This document shows, one piece after another, positions 1-14,029 of a stretch of DNA of 64,000 bases (its first letter is position 1; the number at the start of each line of letters is the position of its first letter). Source of the stretch: Squalus acanthias (Eukaryota); the NCBI GenBank assembly GCA_030390025.1, contig CM059432.1, positions 112,966,001 to 113,030,000 of the forward strand, in the 5' to 3' direction. Both the position numbers and the translations under genes were made by a program. Under the pieces are notes generated by a model. The model was given only the letters and a program-made list of their open reading frames with translations. It did not search any database and was not told where the DNA came from.

Positions 1-1808
1 TCCATCCAACTGCCCACCCTCACTGTGATACTGTGTCCATCCAACTCCCCACCCTCACTGAGATACTGTGTCAATCCAACACCCCACACTCACTGAGATA
101 GTGTGCCCATCCAACACCCCACCCTCACTGAGATACTGAGTCCATCCATCTCCCCACCCTCACTGAGATACTGTGCCCATCCAACACCCCACCCTCACTG
201 AGATACTGAGTCCATCCATCTCCCCACCCTCACTGAAATAGTGTGCCCATCCAACACCCCACCCTCACTGAGATACTGTGTCCATTCAGCACCCCACCCT
301 CACTGAGATACTTTGTCCATCCAACTTCCCACCCTCACTGAGATAGTGTGCCCATCCAACACCCTACCCTCACACAGATACTGTGTCCATCCCACGCCCC
401 ACCCTCACACAGATACTGTGTCCATCCAGCTCCCCACCCTCACTGAGATAATGTGTCCATCCAACTGCCCACCCTCACTGCGATACTGTGTCCATACAAC
501 TCTCCACCCTCACTGAGATACTGTGCCCATCCAACACCCCACCCTCACTGAGATACTATTCCCATCCAACACCCCACCCTCACTTAGATACTGTGTTCAT
601 CCAACACCCCACCCTCACTGAGATACTGTGTCCATCCAATTCCACAACCTCACTGAGATACTGTGTCCATCCAACTCCCCACCCTCACTGAGATACTGTG
701 TCCATCCAACTCCCCACCCTCACTGAGATACTGTGTCCATCCAACTCCCCACCCTCACTGAGTTACTGTCTCCATCCAACTCCGCACCCTCACTGAGATA
801 CTGTCTCCATCCAACTCTCCACCCTCACTGAGATACTGTGTCCATCCAACACCCACTCTCACTGAGATACTGTGTCCATCCTACACGCCACCGTCACTGA
901 GATAATGTGTCCATCCAACTGCCCACCCTCACTGTGATACTGTGTCCATCCAACACCCCACACTCACTGAGATAGTATGCCCATCCAACACCCTACCCTC
1001 ACTGAGATACTGTGTCCATCCAACACCCACCCTCACTGAGATACTGTGCCCATCCAACACCCCACCCTCACTGAGATACTGGGTCCATCCATCTCCCCAC
1101 CCTCACTGAGATACTGTGTCCATCCATCTCCCTACCCTCACTAAGGTAATGTGTCCATCCAACTCCTCACCCTCACTGAGATACTGTGTCCATCCAACAC
1201 CCCACCCTCACTGAGATACTGTGTCGATCCAACTCCCCACCCTCACTGAGATACTGTGTACTTCATACTCTCCACCCTCACTAAGATACTGTGCCCATCC
1301 AACTCCCCACCCTCACTGAAATACTGTGTCCATCCAACTCCCACCCTCACATGGATACTGTGCCCATCCAACTCCCACCCTCACACACATACTGTGCCCA
1401 TCCAACTCCCCACCCTCACATAGATACTGTGTCCATCCAACTCCCACCCTCACATGGATACTGTGTCCATCCAACTCCCCACCCTCACTCACATACTGCG
1501 CCCATCCAACTCCCCACCCTCACATAGATACTGTGTCCATCCAACTCCCTCCCTCACATGGATACTGTGCCCATCCAACTCCCCACCCTAACACACATAC
1601 TGCGCCCATCCAACTCCCCACCCTCACATAGATACTGCGCCCATCCAACTCCCCACCCTCACACAGATACTGTGCCCATCCAACTCCCACCCTTTCACAG
1701 AGATACTGTCCCATCCAACTCCCACCCTCACACAGATATTGTGCCCATCCAACTCCCACCCTTTCACAGAGATAATGTGCCCATCCAACTCTCACCCTTT
1801 CACAGAGA
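1..1808. repeat. 35-bp minisatellite (consensus CTGTGTCCATCCAACTCCCCACCCTCACTGAGATA), running off the left edge
   Basis: Unit recurs at 35-bp spacing (e.g. 661, 696, 731); variant 34/35-bp units after ~1325. Confidence 0.97.
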
Positions 1809-4018
1809 CAGTCCCTTCTTCAGCCTGCCAACTTCATACTGGCACTCTTCTCCCTTGTTAATTCGACATGACACTCTTCTCCCCCTCCAAGCTGTTCTTC
1901 TTCTTCCACTCTCCTCCATGTAGCCTGGTACTCTTCGCTCCCCCTGCCGTTTATGCTTGGTCTATGCTTCCCCTCCCCTAGTTCATGCTGGCACTCTTCC
2001 TCCCTACTCCCTCTCAGTTAATGCTGACCATCTTCTTTTCCTCCCACCCTAAAACACCACAGCTTCCTCTTCCTTCCCGAAAACATCACCCCCAGCTTCT
2101 CTTCCTCCCTTCGTCCCTTTAACATTAATTTTCCCCTGCTCTCTATACTATCCCCATCATTACCATCTCTTTTCCCTTTCCCTCTTTCTTTCACTACCAT
2201 CCACTCCCCCTCTCTCACTGCCATCTACTTCCCCTTTCGCTGCCATTCATTCTGCCCTCTCTCACTGCCAACCATCATCCCTCCCCATCCATTGGTCGGT
2301 TGTCATGCTTTCTACCCCTTTCACTTGCCATTTGTACCATCCCCTCCCCTCTCCTTGCCATGCATTTTGGCCCTTCTTCTTGCCGTGCATTCTCTCCCGT
2401 CTCTTCCTCTCCCCTTGGTGTCCACTTCTCTCCCCACCTGCTCCTACCTGAATCTGGTTGCAAGTGCAGATCTCACTCATCCTCTCAGCATGCTCTCAAT
2501 GCGATTGGACAATATAGCTGAGGAAGTTCCATTTTTCCGAGTTCACACCTATTGAATACAGAGGTGGAAATCCAGGCCACTAGCACAGGGAGCATACAAA
2601 CAGGGTTCTTTCTGGTGAATTAACCAGTGAACAGTGGGATGGAGGTTAGAGGGGGCCGAACTGCACTGATATGTGTCAGCAGATAGTTTGCTGAAGCCCA
2701 CAAAACACAGTGTCAATATGAAGTGCTGATGTCTGACATATATAAATATATAATGATGGTTCCTGGGCTGCTGAATCCATGGAAGTGTTAGCCCAAGGAA
2801 AACCAGTATTTGGAATGTAAGAGTAGATTGTTATTCTGGAGCTTTGCTTGATTTATTTTGATGTGGTGGGTGGTGGGTTTCTGAACTCTCTCAGCGCTTC
2901 TGGCACATTCCTACCATAATTCCAGTGGGAACTGCGAAGGGCTGGAGAATAGGCTATGATCTGATCCCACCCTCTGCTGGGAGTTTCTTTGGGAATTTGC
3001 ATGGAGCAGAGCCTCCACCCACACCTTACAAGGGCAGTGATGCAGAGCAAGTCCCCACAATCTTAGCCAAAGAGGAAGTTGGTGCATTTACGGAGACCAG
3101 CACACCCAGTGAGAAGAGGTGTACTGACCCTCTCAGTGGCAGATGTGGGGCTGATCTTGGGGTCCTAGGTTGCAGTCCAGGCCAGGATCCCTGAAGATGT
3201 AAGGTAACTGAATTTTATTTTTGTTTGTTTGATGCAGCCCCCTTCCAAAAGGAACCACTGGGAGATGATTCTGAATGTTTTCCACCCCAGCCCCTTCCCA
3301 GCCTGGTATGAAGGTCACATTTTGTGGCATCCCGGAACAGGCAGGTACCCAAGATGTGCCTATTGTGTCCTGGGCGCCCACCATCCATATCTAAATGAGA
3401 CAACCTCCCACTAAAGTGCAGTCACCAGCAGGTGTGATCCTAGTGTAATTGCCCTGAGGAATTCCTGGGCGAGGGTATCTAAACTACAGCCTGTTGACCA
3501 AATGCAACCTGTGAGCTCTTCCAATCTGGTCACAAAGCCTAAGAAGCTCAATTTCTATATGTGCTTCGATTTCTTGTTCTCTGTTTTGTCCTGTTCGCTT
3601 TTCATGAGCCAAGAGGTTTGGAAAGGTTTACTCTTAGCACTGTTGCCTGGTTGGTAGATAATTCCTAAGTGAGAACACCAATATCTGTTAATATCCACAG
3701 CTTGAGATATAGGCACGTTAATGGAAACATGATTTAAACTTCATAGCCTCGATTTGACAAGGTATAGGGTTGGCAAATCAGGCACCTGAGCTCATATGCC
3801 AGGTTCGCAGTGCACTGAACTTTAGCAATGTGTCATACTTGCAGGGGGCGGGTGGGGGTAAAGGTGGTAGCACGAAGGGCAAGTGCAACCCACATTTACA
3901 TAGTCAAAACATTAAAATGAAAAAGGCATGTACTCTTCATTTACAACACCATCCTGCTCCAACGCCTCAACTCCGTTGTCCAGGTCAGTGGGACTACCTA
4001 TTTGTGGGCCATGCACCT

Positions 4019-4240
4019 AACATAAGAAATAGGAGCAGGAGAAAGCCATTTGGCCCTTCGAGCCTGCTCCACCATTCAATAAGATCATGGCTGATTTTCT
4101 ACCTCATCTCCACTTTCCTGAACTATCCCCACATCCCTTGATTCCCTTAATATTCAAAAATCTATCGCTCTCTGTCTTGAATATACTCAATGACTGAGCC
4201 ACAGTCGAGAATTCCAAAGATTCACCACCCTCTGAGTGAA
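4019..4240 (-). mobile_element. CR1 LINE 3' end fragment
   Basis: Begins AACATAAGAAATAGGAGCAGG, the same 3' UTR/tail as the CR1 copies at 22323, 42790 and 54158. Confidence 0.8.
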
Positions 4241-5124
4241 GACCTGCTTTACAAATATAGCCTCTGCCATGATGATTCAAAGAAAGTGAGTCAGTGCAGA
4301 AAGCGTAATAAGAAATGGGGGATACTTGCTGGCTGTTGGCATCATAGCTCCAAACTTGCCCTTGCCGATCCTCTCTGCAGATTTCTGGGCAATGATGACC
4401 AAGGCCATTTCCTAATATTGGGTGAATTGCTTCAGCATGGTTGGTCCCCTACCTCTCCTGGATGTTTTTCACTGGTTGTGCTCTGTTTCAGCCTGTAAAC
4501 CGAACACATTTAACAAGGTTTTAGGAACTGTTTGCCTCCTGATTCCACTCACATCACCTTTCCAACCTGATCTAATTTTCCTAACCACATTGCATAGGCC
4601 ACATTATTTAAAATGTCACAGTCACATATTATTTTCCTCAGAAGAGTTTTGTGCACAATAATTATATCATTAATCTGCAAACGTAACCAGGATGTAGGAG
4701 TTGATTGTCACAATCACTTTGCATTTGAAAAAAATGTTGAAAATGATGAAGGGTTTTACATAGGTTTGTTTGCACATTGTTGAAAACTAACAGACTGGTT
4801 TAATTAATTGGCCTGGATTTCTGTACAACAATGTCCTAATTCTGTCAGAGCGTTAGCATATCTTACTTGTTCTTATCTCCTCTACCAGATTTTTGCAAAT
4901 AGTCATTTCCAAACTTTAATCTTCAGGAGGAAAAAATGAAGTGTAGGTAAAAGCACTGTCATATTAGAAGATAAACACTGTAGTTGCTTATCAAAGACTC
5001 CAGTGTTTGCTTCACTAATGAACAGCATAGTTTATATTGAATTCACTGTTTTGTGAAAAAAAACTATTAGGAGTAGCTTTCTAAATCTGCAAGATCTGTG
5101 TCAAAGAGTTGGCAGAATCATCTA

Positions 5125-5490
5125 GTCCCCCGTTCACTCAATTGGTAAGTGTACTGCATGCTGTGAAACTGAGACGTAAGAGACCACTTTCGATCTGTGC
5201 TGAGTTACTGACCTCAGTCAGAACAGTGGGAAGAACAATACACTTGGCCTTAGCGCACCCTGAGCTAGAGAGGTGAAAAATCACCCAGGGTTCCATCTCC
5301 TGACCCCCCTTTCTAAGTGATTGGTACGAAAAGTCTACCTGTATGGATTTTAGCTCAAGCTCAGGACTACACTCAACTTTCATGCCAAATAGCCTGCTGA
5401 CATTCACCGTCCAGGCTCAAACATAAACAATGGGAATTTAGGTGATGCACTAAAGGGCAACTGACACTCAGGGAATCACATCCCAGTCTT
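5125..5490 (+). mobile_element. Degenerate SINE-like repeat
   Basis: tRNA-like start (CTCAATTGGTAAG...TTCGATC) followed by TGTGCTGAGTTA-type sequence; related fragments near 14720-14860 and 54090-54157; family recognised from memory only. Confidence 0.35.
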
Positions 5491-6857
5491 AAGGAGAAGG
5501 AGAGCAGGAAAATTGGTGAGAAAGGAATTGGAAGCTGAATTGAAGATTGAAGGTTATGAAACAGACCATCTCTGGAAAGATCGTCCAGCCTCTTATTTTC
5601 CTTGTTTTATTTTTGTATCTTTTCCTCTTTCACTGCTCCCTCTCTGCAAAGTCCTTGTGAAAGAGTCTTGGTGCTGTAGAAAATGTCAGCTACTGTAACT
5701 GGACTTGATTTTCATAAATAAAAGGTTAATCACTTAATTGTTTTTTTTTAATCCAAATCAAAATGACAGGTGGGCACCATTTTGCTTCCTAAGTTTCAAT
5801 TTGCTCCAAATCTGTTAGCGCTAATAAAAGGAACCACTTGTTATATTGTTTTCACCTCTCAAGCACCAAACTTGACACATAAGTAGCATAAATAACAAAT
5901 AATTCATTCATCCAGCTGTGGACTATGCAAAGCTTCGTGGATATGCCCCAATGGAGATTATGCCGATCCTGTTTAACAAACCAGAATTTGGAGGTCCCGT
6001 TAAACGACTTGAGCTTTTGGGTTTTGTGCGGTGCAACAAACATCTACAGGTGACAGCAAACAGTGGCATATTTATGTAGCATGAGGGCAAATGCCCTTAT
6101 TAACCTAACTCCAGTGGCAGCCAATGGAACCTGGTCCGACTACCTCGACTCCTACTGACAGCTTTAACCCAACTCCCCATCCCGATCCAACCTGATTCTC
6201 ACTGTCAACTTAATCCAAGTCCTGATAGCAGGCCTGAGCCTGTTTTGTGTGTGGGATGAAGTTGTAAGTGTTCATTTTTTGTTTAATATTTGAGTTAAAT
6301 AAATAAAATGCTCATACTTTAAGATGAGTTTGTAGCTGAATTATCAGTTATAAGTTTGAAGTTTTTTATTTCATTAAAATCTTAAAAAGAACTAACACAA
6401 ATAATTTCATCACCCGATATGCCCATCCTTTCCTCACTTGCCAGCTCGAAGTGATATATTCATTTTTAAGTGTGTAAGCTGCCAGTGGGGGAAGGGTCAG
6501 GTGAGGCTGCCAGCAGTGGTTGGGCCAGGGTACTGCCGAGAGTTGGACCGGGGCTGTCAGTGGGAGCTTGGGATGGTCAGCTCTACCAGAAGAAGATGGA
6601 TGGGGCTGACAGTTTATGTTGACTGCCAGCTTCAACTGGGAGAAGAGGAGGGGAGAGGCAAAAGTGCCTAAACATCGAAAGGATGTGTAAAAAGCCATTC
6701 CAAACAGGTAGCAGTAATAGTAGTAGTGGTTGTAGTAGTAGTCATAATAGTCGTTATCATATAATATAGCTTTTTATATGCAGGTTCCACGATAAGCAAC
6801 TGAGTGGCTCGGGAAGAGAAAAAATTTGGACATGATGAGACAAGTAAACAGTCATTC

Positions 6858-7010
6858 ATAGAATCAGACAGCACAGAAGGAGCTCTTTGAACGAGCTATC
6901 CAATTAGTCCGACTCCCCTGCCCTTTCCCCATAGCCCTACAAATCTTTCCTTTTTAAATATCTATCCACTTCCCTTTTGAAAGTCACTATTGAATCCACT
7001 TCCACCGCCA
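6858..7010 (-). mobile_element. CR1 LINE 3' end fragment
   Basis: ATAGAATCA...AGCACAGAAGGAG...CCCTTTTGAAAG matches the CR1 3' end at 40536. Confidence 0.7.
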
Positions 7011-7323
7011 TTGTTTACTAACTTTGCCTGGGAGTATCTTAAATAAAATACTGTTTGCAGAGAATGAAGTGTGAACGTGCTGTTATCTGATAGAATAATC
7101 TGACTCACCAGAACTCTGTACACTATGACATTTAGTACTGGTGCAGAGGGAATCAAATTGCTCTGTGGTAATAGTGAATCCCAGATGGAGGGATGAGGGG
7201 GTTGTGCTACACTTCAGATCCAGGGCCTACGCTCAAATGTCCTGCGAATCTCATTAGAATATGCACGAACATAAAATGGGTGGAAATCAGCAGAAACAAG
7301 GAAAGCGCCAAACTCAAACTATG

Positions 7324-7625
7324 GGGGAAAAATTCAGTTGCATTGCGCCTCCTGTTAGCGCCCTAAGAGGGCGTTAATGGGGCGCAAAGCAACTAGCGCC
7401 CGAGCACGGCAATGTTTGCGCCGCTCATGAAATTGACCATACATTTTGCGGCGGAGCTAAACACTACCGCCACGATCTCCTGCGCCCGCAGATCGTGGTG
7501 TTAGTCGAGCATGCAACACCCCGGTAGCGCCCCAGACCGGATATTGAGTGACGCCCCCCTGCTTTTCCGCCTAACTGACTGATTGGAATTAAAGTCTCCA
7601 CTTCCCAGTGACTGTAAGATTCCCC
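7324..7625. mobile_element. PIF/Harbinger-like MITE
   Basis: Starts GGGGAAAAATTC, ends AAGATTCCCC, ATG on both sides; the left ~150 bp resembles the reverse complement of the right end of the element at 33279-34174. Confidence 0.6.
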
Positions 7626-7641
7626 ATGAAATAAGTTTAAT

Positions 7642-8374
7642 GGCCCAAAAATTCGTGAGGAAGCCTTCGTGCGAGGGTAAGGCTTCCCCGCGATCTCTCA
7701 CTGCGCGTTGGCTTTTTCAGTTCCAGCTCGCACGAACTTGATGTTCTGGACAGCTGCTGTGCTGGGCTTGCGTATCCCACAGGCGCAGTTAATTCATGCG
7801 AGCTGTGGGATCACGTGACTCAGTTAGAGCCAATGGCAGCACACCATCTTCCATTCATAACATAAGTGCTGTGAAAGCTATGAATCTATACCCCCCCAAA
7901 AGAACAGCTAAACCTCAATTAAATTTAAAAAAAAACCATCACATTAATAAAATAAGTATAGTTAAATAAATTAACCATTTTAAATAAAAAATTAAATTTT
8001 TGAAAAAATTTAAAATCTTTTAAAAAGTTATAAAAATAAACTTACCTGTCTTTAAAGTCTCTAAAAAAGATATACCTGTTAAAAAAAATTCAAAATAATA
8101 CTTAATTCACTACTTACCTTGTTAAAAGTGGGTCTTACTCCTTTTTTTATGTGTAAAATCTTCCGTACTTACCTGCGCGTTGAAACCACTAAGTGCACTG
8201 CATGCGCGCAGCCTGTAGCGCGCACGCGGTTCAGCTAGGAACCGCCCCCTTTTCCATTCACCAAGTGCCGGTTTTCAGCGCATGCGCAGTGCACGCAGAA
8301 AACCGGCAATTGGAGACAGAATACGCGGGAGTACGCAGTGCGTACTCTCGCGTAGCGGCACTAATTTTTGGGCC
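7642..8374. mobile_element. PIF/Harbinger-like MITE (copy 1 of a family)
   Basis: Perfect 12-bp TIR GGCCCAAAAATT/AATTTTTGGGCC, 3-bp TSD AAT; highly similar to 56415-57158. Confidence 0.9.
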
Positions 8375-8914
8375 AATATGTTTCAACCCTGTTCATAGTG
8401 GTTGTGAAATAGTAATCCAGAACTGTATGTAACTCTGCCGTGTCACATTTTCAATCTGGCTCTTTCTACTGTTAAATTGTTCGCACATGCAACATGCAGT
8501 CTGTTTCAGTTTAATTTCCAGGTTAGAGGAGAAAGTTGGCAATCCCTTTAACATAAGCTGAGAATTTTATATCTCTCAAAAATAGCCCTTTCTCCCGGTG
8601 TGTTGATTGCAATGTAATGATTTATAATTCAGTTGAGACCAGTTGCTTTCATGCCTCTATCCCAGAGACTGGGATGTTTTTGAAATGATTGCTCTGGTGG
8701 CAACCTGTGTTTTTTTTCAACTGACCTGCATCAGTGGGTTATGTTCACCATAACAGAGCCAGAAACCTGTCATAATCACACATGGGGAAAACTGATCAAT
8801 TGCCAATGGGGTAGAATTGAAAAAAACTTGCATTTATATAGTGTCAGTCACATCCTCAGGCTATCCCAAAGAGCTTCACAGGGGCGAAGCATAGCATCAG
8901 CATCAGCATTACAT

Positions 8915-8968
8915 TTACACGCGCACAAACACACACACACACAAACACACAAACACACACACACACAC

Positions 8969-9054
<86 letters not shown>

Positions 9055-9126
9055 ACACACACATATACACACACACACTCACACACTCACACACACACTC
9101 ACACACAAACACAAACACACACACAC
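8915..9126. repeat. Imperfect (CA)n microsatellite
   Basis: Direct reading. Confidence 0.98.
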
Positions 9127-9239
9127 TTGCACTGATTCAAGTGGTCGTGAGCCTGGCAGATTGAAAGGCTGAGCAACCAGGGACCAGGGGCTTAAATATT
9201 ACATTAACAATTTTGAAGGCCAAACAAAATTGATCTTGA

Positions 9240-10307
9240 CTTGAATATAGGGGGTATGATTAAGAAGTTTGCAGATGATATTAAAATCGGCTGTGTGGTT
9301 GATACTGAAGAAGGAAGCTGTAGACTGCAGGAAGATATCAATAAATTGGTCAGGTGGGCAGAACAGCGGCAAATGGAATTCAATCCGGAGAAGTGTGAGG
9401 TAATGCATTTGGGGAGGGCTAACAAGGAAAGGGAATACACATTAAATGGTAGGACACTGAGTAGTGTAGAGGAACAAAGGGACCTTGGTGTGCATGTCCA
9501 CAGATCCCTGAAGGTAGCAAGCCAAGTAGATAAGGTGGTTAAGAAGGCATACGGAATGCTTGCCTTTATTAGCCGTGGCATAGAATACAAGAGCAGGGGA
9601 GGTTATGCTTCAACTGTATAAAACACTAGTTAGGCCTCAGCTAGAGTACAGCGTGCAGTTCTGGTCACCACATTACAGGAAAGATGTGATTGCACTAGAG
9701 AGGGTACAGAGGAGATTTACAAGGATGTTGCCGGGAGTAGAGAATCTTAGCTATGAGGAAAGACTGGATGGGCTGGGTCTGTTTTCCTTGGAACATGATG
9801 CGGAGATGCCGGTGTTGGACTGGGGTGGACAAAAGTGAGAAGTCGCACAACACCAGGTTATAGTCCAACAGCTTTATTTGAAATCACAAGCTTTCGGAGC
9901 GCTGCTCCTTCATCAGGTCCTTGGAACAGAGGAGGCTGAGGGGAGACCTTATTGAGGGGCATAGATAAAGTGGATACAGAGGACCTATTTCCCTTTGCAG
10001 AGGGGTCAAAAACTAGGGGGCACAGATTTAAAGTAATTGGTGGAAGGTTTATAGGGGATTTGAGGGGAAATTTCTTCACCCAGAGGGTTGTGGGGATCTG
10101 GAACTCACTGCCTGAAAGGGTGGTAGAGGCAGGAACCCTAACCACATTTAAAAAGTACTTGGATGTGCACTTGGGATGCTCTAACCTGCAGGGCTACGGA
10201 CCAAGAGCTGGGAAGTGGGATTAGGCTGGATAGCTCTTTGTTGGCCGGCGCGGAAACAATGGGCCAAAATGACCTCCTTCCGTGCTGTAACTTTCTATGA
10301 TTCTATA
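9240..10307 (+). mobile_element. 5'-truncated CR1 LINE (RT C-terminal half and 3' tail), interrupted at 9796-9917
   Basis: KFADDIK...WQMEFNPEKCEVMHLG-like...RPQLEYSVQFWSP...FFTQRVVGIWNSLP; tail TTCTATGATTCTAT; same family as 60083-60934. Confidence 0.95.
9796..9917 (-). ncRNA. Penelope-type short insertion with minimal type I hammerhead ribozyme (family B)
   Basis: Minus strand CUGAUGA-A-GGAGC(AGC)GCUCC-GAA-AGCU-U-GUGA at 9884-9916; 11-bp TSD TCCTTGGAACA at 9785-9795 and 9918-9928. Confidence 0.85.
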
Positions 10308-10606
10308 CACCCTGGCTCCTTGAAGTGTGGTCACTGTTGTCTTGCTTGCAGATGCAGTAGTTAATTTGTGTCGCACAAGGTCCCATAAACAGCAATGACA
10401 TTGACAATTGAGAAGGAATATAGCTAGATCAGCTCTTAGAACTGAAAGAATAATTTAGCTTGGCTTTGTGATGACATTATTTAGGTAAAATAGAGACAAT
10501 CTTATCCAGATCTTGAAGGATCTTATAAATAAAGATCTAACAGATCTTATAAGTTATTTAGTTTGCAATTAATCTACAAAACTGTTTTTCTTTTCTTTTT
10601 CTTCAG

Positions 10607-10813
10607 GTGGCCAGCTTTGGTGCACAATGACTAAGATGCTGTCGGAGGGTGAGGAACTGATTGCATTTGCTGTGGAATTTGACTCAAGGCTGCAAGCTGT
10701 CAGCCAAATGGCCATCACAGAGGGCATGTATCCAGCACGCCTCCTGGACACAATACAGCTGCTGCCTCAACAAGCAGCCATGGCATCCATTTTACCCACA
10801 GCAATCGTCAACA
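10607..10813 (+). CDS. ZFPM2: ZFPM2/FOG2 internal exon (207 bp; end of PR-like region)
   Basis: Polypyrimidine tract + CAG acceptor, GTAAGT donor, phase 1/1; encodes [68 protein letters not shown], matching FOG2. Confidence 0.97.
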
Positions 10814-11761
10814 GTAAGTTCAACATTTGCGCTTTTGTTCTTGAACCTGACTTTTGTTTTTAACCTAAGCTAATTGTGCTTATGTAACAAAGCAGAAAAT
10901 AGTTTTTAATCTGCCTTTTAAAGATTAAGTAGAAAGAACAGGAAGTGCCTCACGTTGAAAATGAAGTGAAAAAGTTGGTGTGAGTACAAAATGGGATTGC
11001 ATTTTTTATACTCTCACCAACTTTTACACTAAAATTACGGCAAGGAGGAATTTCACCCCAGTATCATTGTTTTGTTAAAATATTTCTTTTAAATTTCCAG
11101 CTTATTCTCATATACACCGAACTAACTAATATGAACTCCATATAGTTAGCCAAACAAGTGCTGTGACTATTGCCTTAAGACATAACACTGCTTTTTGGCA
11201 GTAAAGCTGAGAAACTTCAGCCCAAATTGGCTTTAATGTAACAACATGAGGGCTGTTAATGCCGGTTAACTGGCCTGAGTCCAGACTCTATACAAATCAC
11301 TTATATCTCATCTGTTCTCTTGCACTACAACAAGCACATTTTGTGATATTTATCATTTATCTCATGAATCATGTTTCTTTATACTTTGCATTTGATAAAT
11401 GTACATGTTATATGTCTTGTGTGATCTCCCAAATCTGTGCAGTTCTTCTTAAAAGAGCACTATCGTCTCGACAAACCTTGCATTATTTGAGGGAAGAGAG
11501 CAAAGCAGAAGGATGTCTTTTTCTTCATGACAGTATCTTGTAAACTCATTGATGCTTTTTGATGCAATTTACATCATCTCACAGTACCACTGTAAACAAA
11601 TGAAAAATACTTTTCACAAGGGCAGTACCCCTTTAAGTCATGTGATGAAAAATGAAAAAGGCAGGGTCAGAGAAGGAACCTCACCATTACTGCTTACCTT
11701 TGGTGTCATGGATTTTTATTCTTTCATTAGTTGATGTTCTTGCAATTACAGATATCACCAT

Positions 11762-11927
11762 GGGCAAAACATTCAACTTTGGTGGGGATAAAGTGGGTGT
11801 TAATGGACGGGCCGCCTGATTCTCCTTCCATTTGAAATCAATGGAAAGGAGAAACAGGTGGTGTGTAAAGGGCAGTCGATCTGCTACTGCTCCTGATACG
11901 CCCCTGTCGAAGTTAAACGTTTTGCCC
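11762..11927. mobile_element. Small Harbinger/Tourist-like MITE
   Basis: 20-bp TIR GGGCAAAACRTTYAACTTYG (17/20 matched), TSD CAT/CGT. Confidence 0.7.
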
Positions 11928-11979
11928 CGTGTCTGTTTAGAATACAGGATCTATTTGAACAACTTCACAGCAGAGGTGG

Positions 11980-12200
11980 AAAGCAAAACCTGCAGATCTG
12001 AAAGAAGAACAGAAAATACTGGCATGTCAGTCAGCATCTTTGGGGAGATCAGTGGAATTAAACTTTTGAGTGTGGACCCTCTGTCAAAACAATTGGTCTG
12101 TGCTTGAAACATTTGTGACGTTCATTTCTCTGTTCCCTCCCTGGATGCTGCCTGACCTGCTCGGTGTTTCCAGCATTTTCTGCTTCTGTTTTGCAGAGGC
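11980..12200. mobile_element. Degenerate inverted pair of Penelope-type pLTR fragments
   Basis: CAGAAAATACTGG...CAGCATCT faces GATGCTGCCTGACCTGCT...CCAGCATTTTCTG; same family as 22072-22169. Confidence 0.6.
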
Positions 12201-12559
12201 AGAGACGATCTTGCCAAGGTCAAAGATTAGATAGTTACCAATTTAACGAAACTTTGGCAGAACAAAAACTGAACAAAGGTTTTATTAATTTTATATTTTT
12301 TTGGCAAATAATTGTAATATAACCTGAATTCACCATATATGTTTAAAAAGAAGTTTAATATGATGGACTTTGCATAATTGGTAAGTTTTGATAAAAATGG
12401 AATGGGAACCTGTTACTAAATTGCTGAAGATTGCTCCACAATCTTGAGGAAGAGGAAAAATGTAATACAGCCTCAGATTGTGCATGCACTATCATTTTAA
12501 TGAATAAAAACTGCCTGATTTCACACATACTATAATATACATCTATTCTTTCATTGCAG

Positions 12560-12784
12560 AGGATATCTTTCCATGCAAGTCATGTGGAATTTGGTACCGC
12601 AGTGAACGGAACCTGCAGGCTCACCTCATGTACTACTGCAGTGGGAGACAGAGGGAAGCATCCTCACTATCAGAGGAGAAAGAGGCTGGTCCTCTTCAGC
12701 AACCATGTGTCTGCCCTTACCCACAATGCAGCAAGAGCTTCCCCAATGCCAGGGCTCTTGAAATTCACATGAATTCACACAGTG
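12560..12784 (+). CDS. ZFPM2: ZFPM2/FOG2 internal exon (225 bp; ZF1 CCHC and ZF2 C2H2)
   Basis: TTGCAG acceptor, GTAAGA donor, phase 1/1; [27 protein letters not shown]...[24 protein letters not shown]; in frame with both neighbouring exons. Confidence 0.98.
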
Positions 12785-14029
12785 GTAAGAGTCACCATGG
12801 GGTAATTTGAAATTTACATTGCCAGTTCACTGATAGCCACAAAATGGAGTTTAGAAAGTTACATAGACTGGACTGAAGGGATAATTTAAGATGATGTTTC
12901 TAGCCTGTTACATTGTAATCACAGTACTCACCGATAGTAAATGATTTGAATAGCCCTATATCTCAAACCAGCCATTACAAAACACATCTAAAAATGCAGC
13001 TTTATGTTAAATGGGGAAGTTGCAGTATCCCTATTGAAGTCTTATCAGAGTATTCGTACATGTGCATGTGTTAGATAAGTTGACTTAAATTAATAGCAAC
13101 CTACCTCAATGAAAGTATATTCTGGAGCAAACATCATTTGTCCAGCTAAGCTGTTCATTCATGGTAAAAAAAATTAAAGGAACAGTGTTCCTTAATTGGC
13201 ATTGTAGATGGTGCAATGCTAATATTGCAAACCCACGAACAATAATAAGTCAATTAAATTAAGTAGCAAATCAGGATGCCACAGCAAGGTGGGGTATAGG
13301 ATGACACCTGCAATTCCCCCACATGCTGAATTGCTGATCTCAGCAGTACTGCTGTGGACAGGTTCCGGGGTGAGACCAAATGCCTCTTCACAAAGAGTGA
13401 GGAAGAACCAATTTGAAGCTGCTCCTGCACAGCTCCCAGTGGTTGGTTTTAGAATATCATCCACCTGGAGACCAGCAAAAAAAAAGAGAAGGGAGAAAAA
13501 ACATCAAGCAGAGGGAACGTCCCCCCCCCCCAAAAAAAACCCACAAATAATGTTTTTACCAAATGAATTTCCCACCAGGTTTGCCATTTTCAATGCAAAT
13601 TTGCTGCGATAATGGCATTTGTACACTCCTACCTACCTGCATCATTTCATAGGGTGTTGGGCTTATTACTCCTGTCTGTCACACAAGTTCAACTGGGTGG
13701 AGACAGGACCAACTAAGTCTGAGGAAGGTTATGGTGCGTTAGAGTTTTGGGTCACCAGCTGAACTGTTAACCCATTTTCAAGTGCTGATGGATCTGTTGT
13801 GTATTTCCAGCATTTTCTATTTTTTATTTCAGATGCTTAGTATTTGTACTTTTTAAAAATGTCAGCTGTTACAGTTGATTTGGGTATCAGTATAGTTTAT
13901 AATGAACACATATATACACCTAAAGTGACAGCAAATGCAACAGCATGTAAGTGTCACTGAGATATTGTAGCTATAATAATTGGGCTACTGTAAGCCAAAG
14001 TGACCTTTCCAGCACATGCAGACACACTC

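Noticed and set aside
1..1808. CRISPR-like array or Pro/His-rich ORFs in the left repeat
   Set aside because: Head-to-tail units with no unique spacers, no cas genes, vertebrate context; the ORFs are translations of the repeat.
8741..9172. His/Thr-rich 143-aa ORF
   Set aside because: Translation of the (CA)n microsatellite.
1810..10600. Upstream ZFPM2 exons
   Set aside because: No FOG2-like peptide with splice sites was recognised; earlier exons probably lie left of the window.
13717..13850. Additional hammerhead (CTGAGGAAGG followed by a family A tail)
   Set aside because: Stem II and the GAAA box are not recoverable; only a decayed relic.
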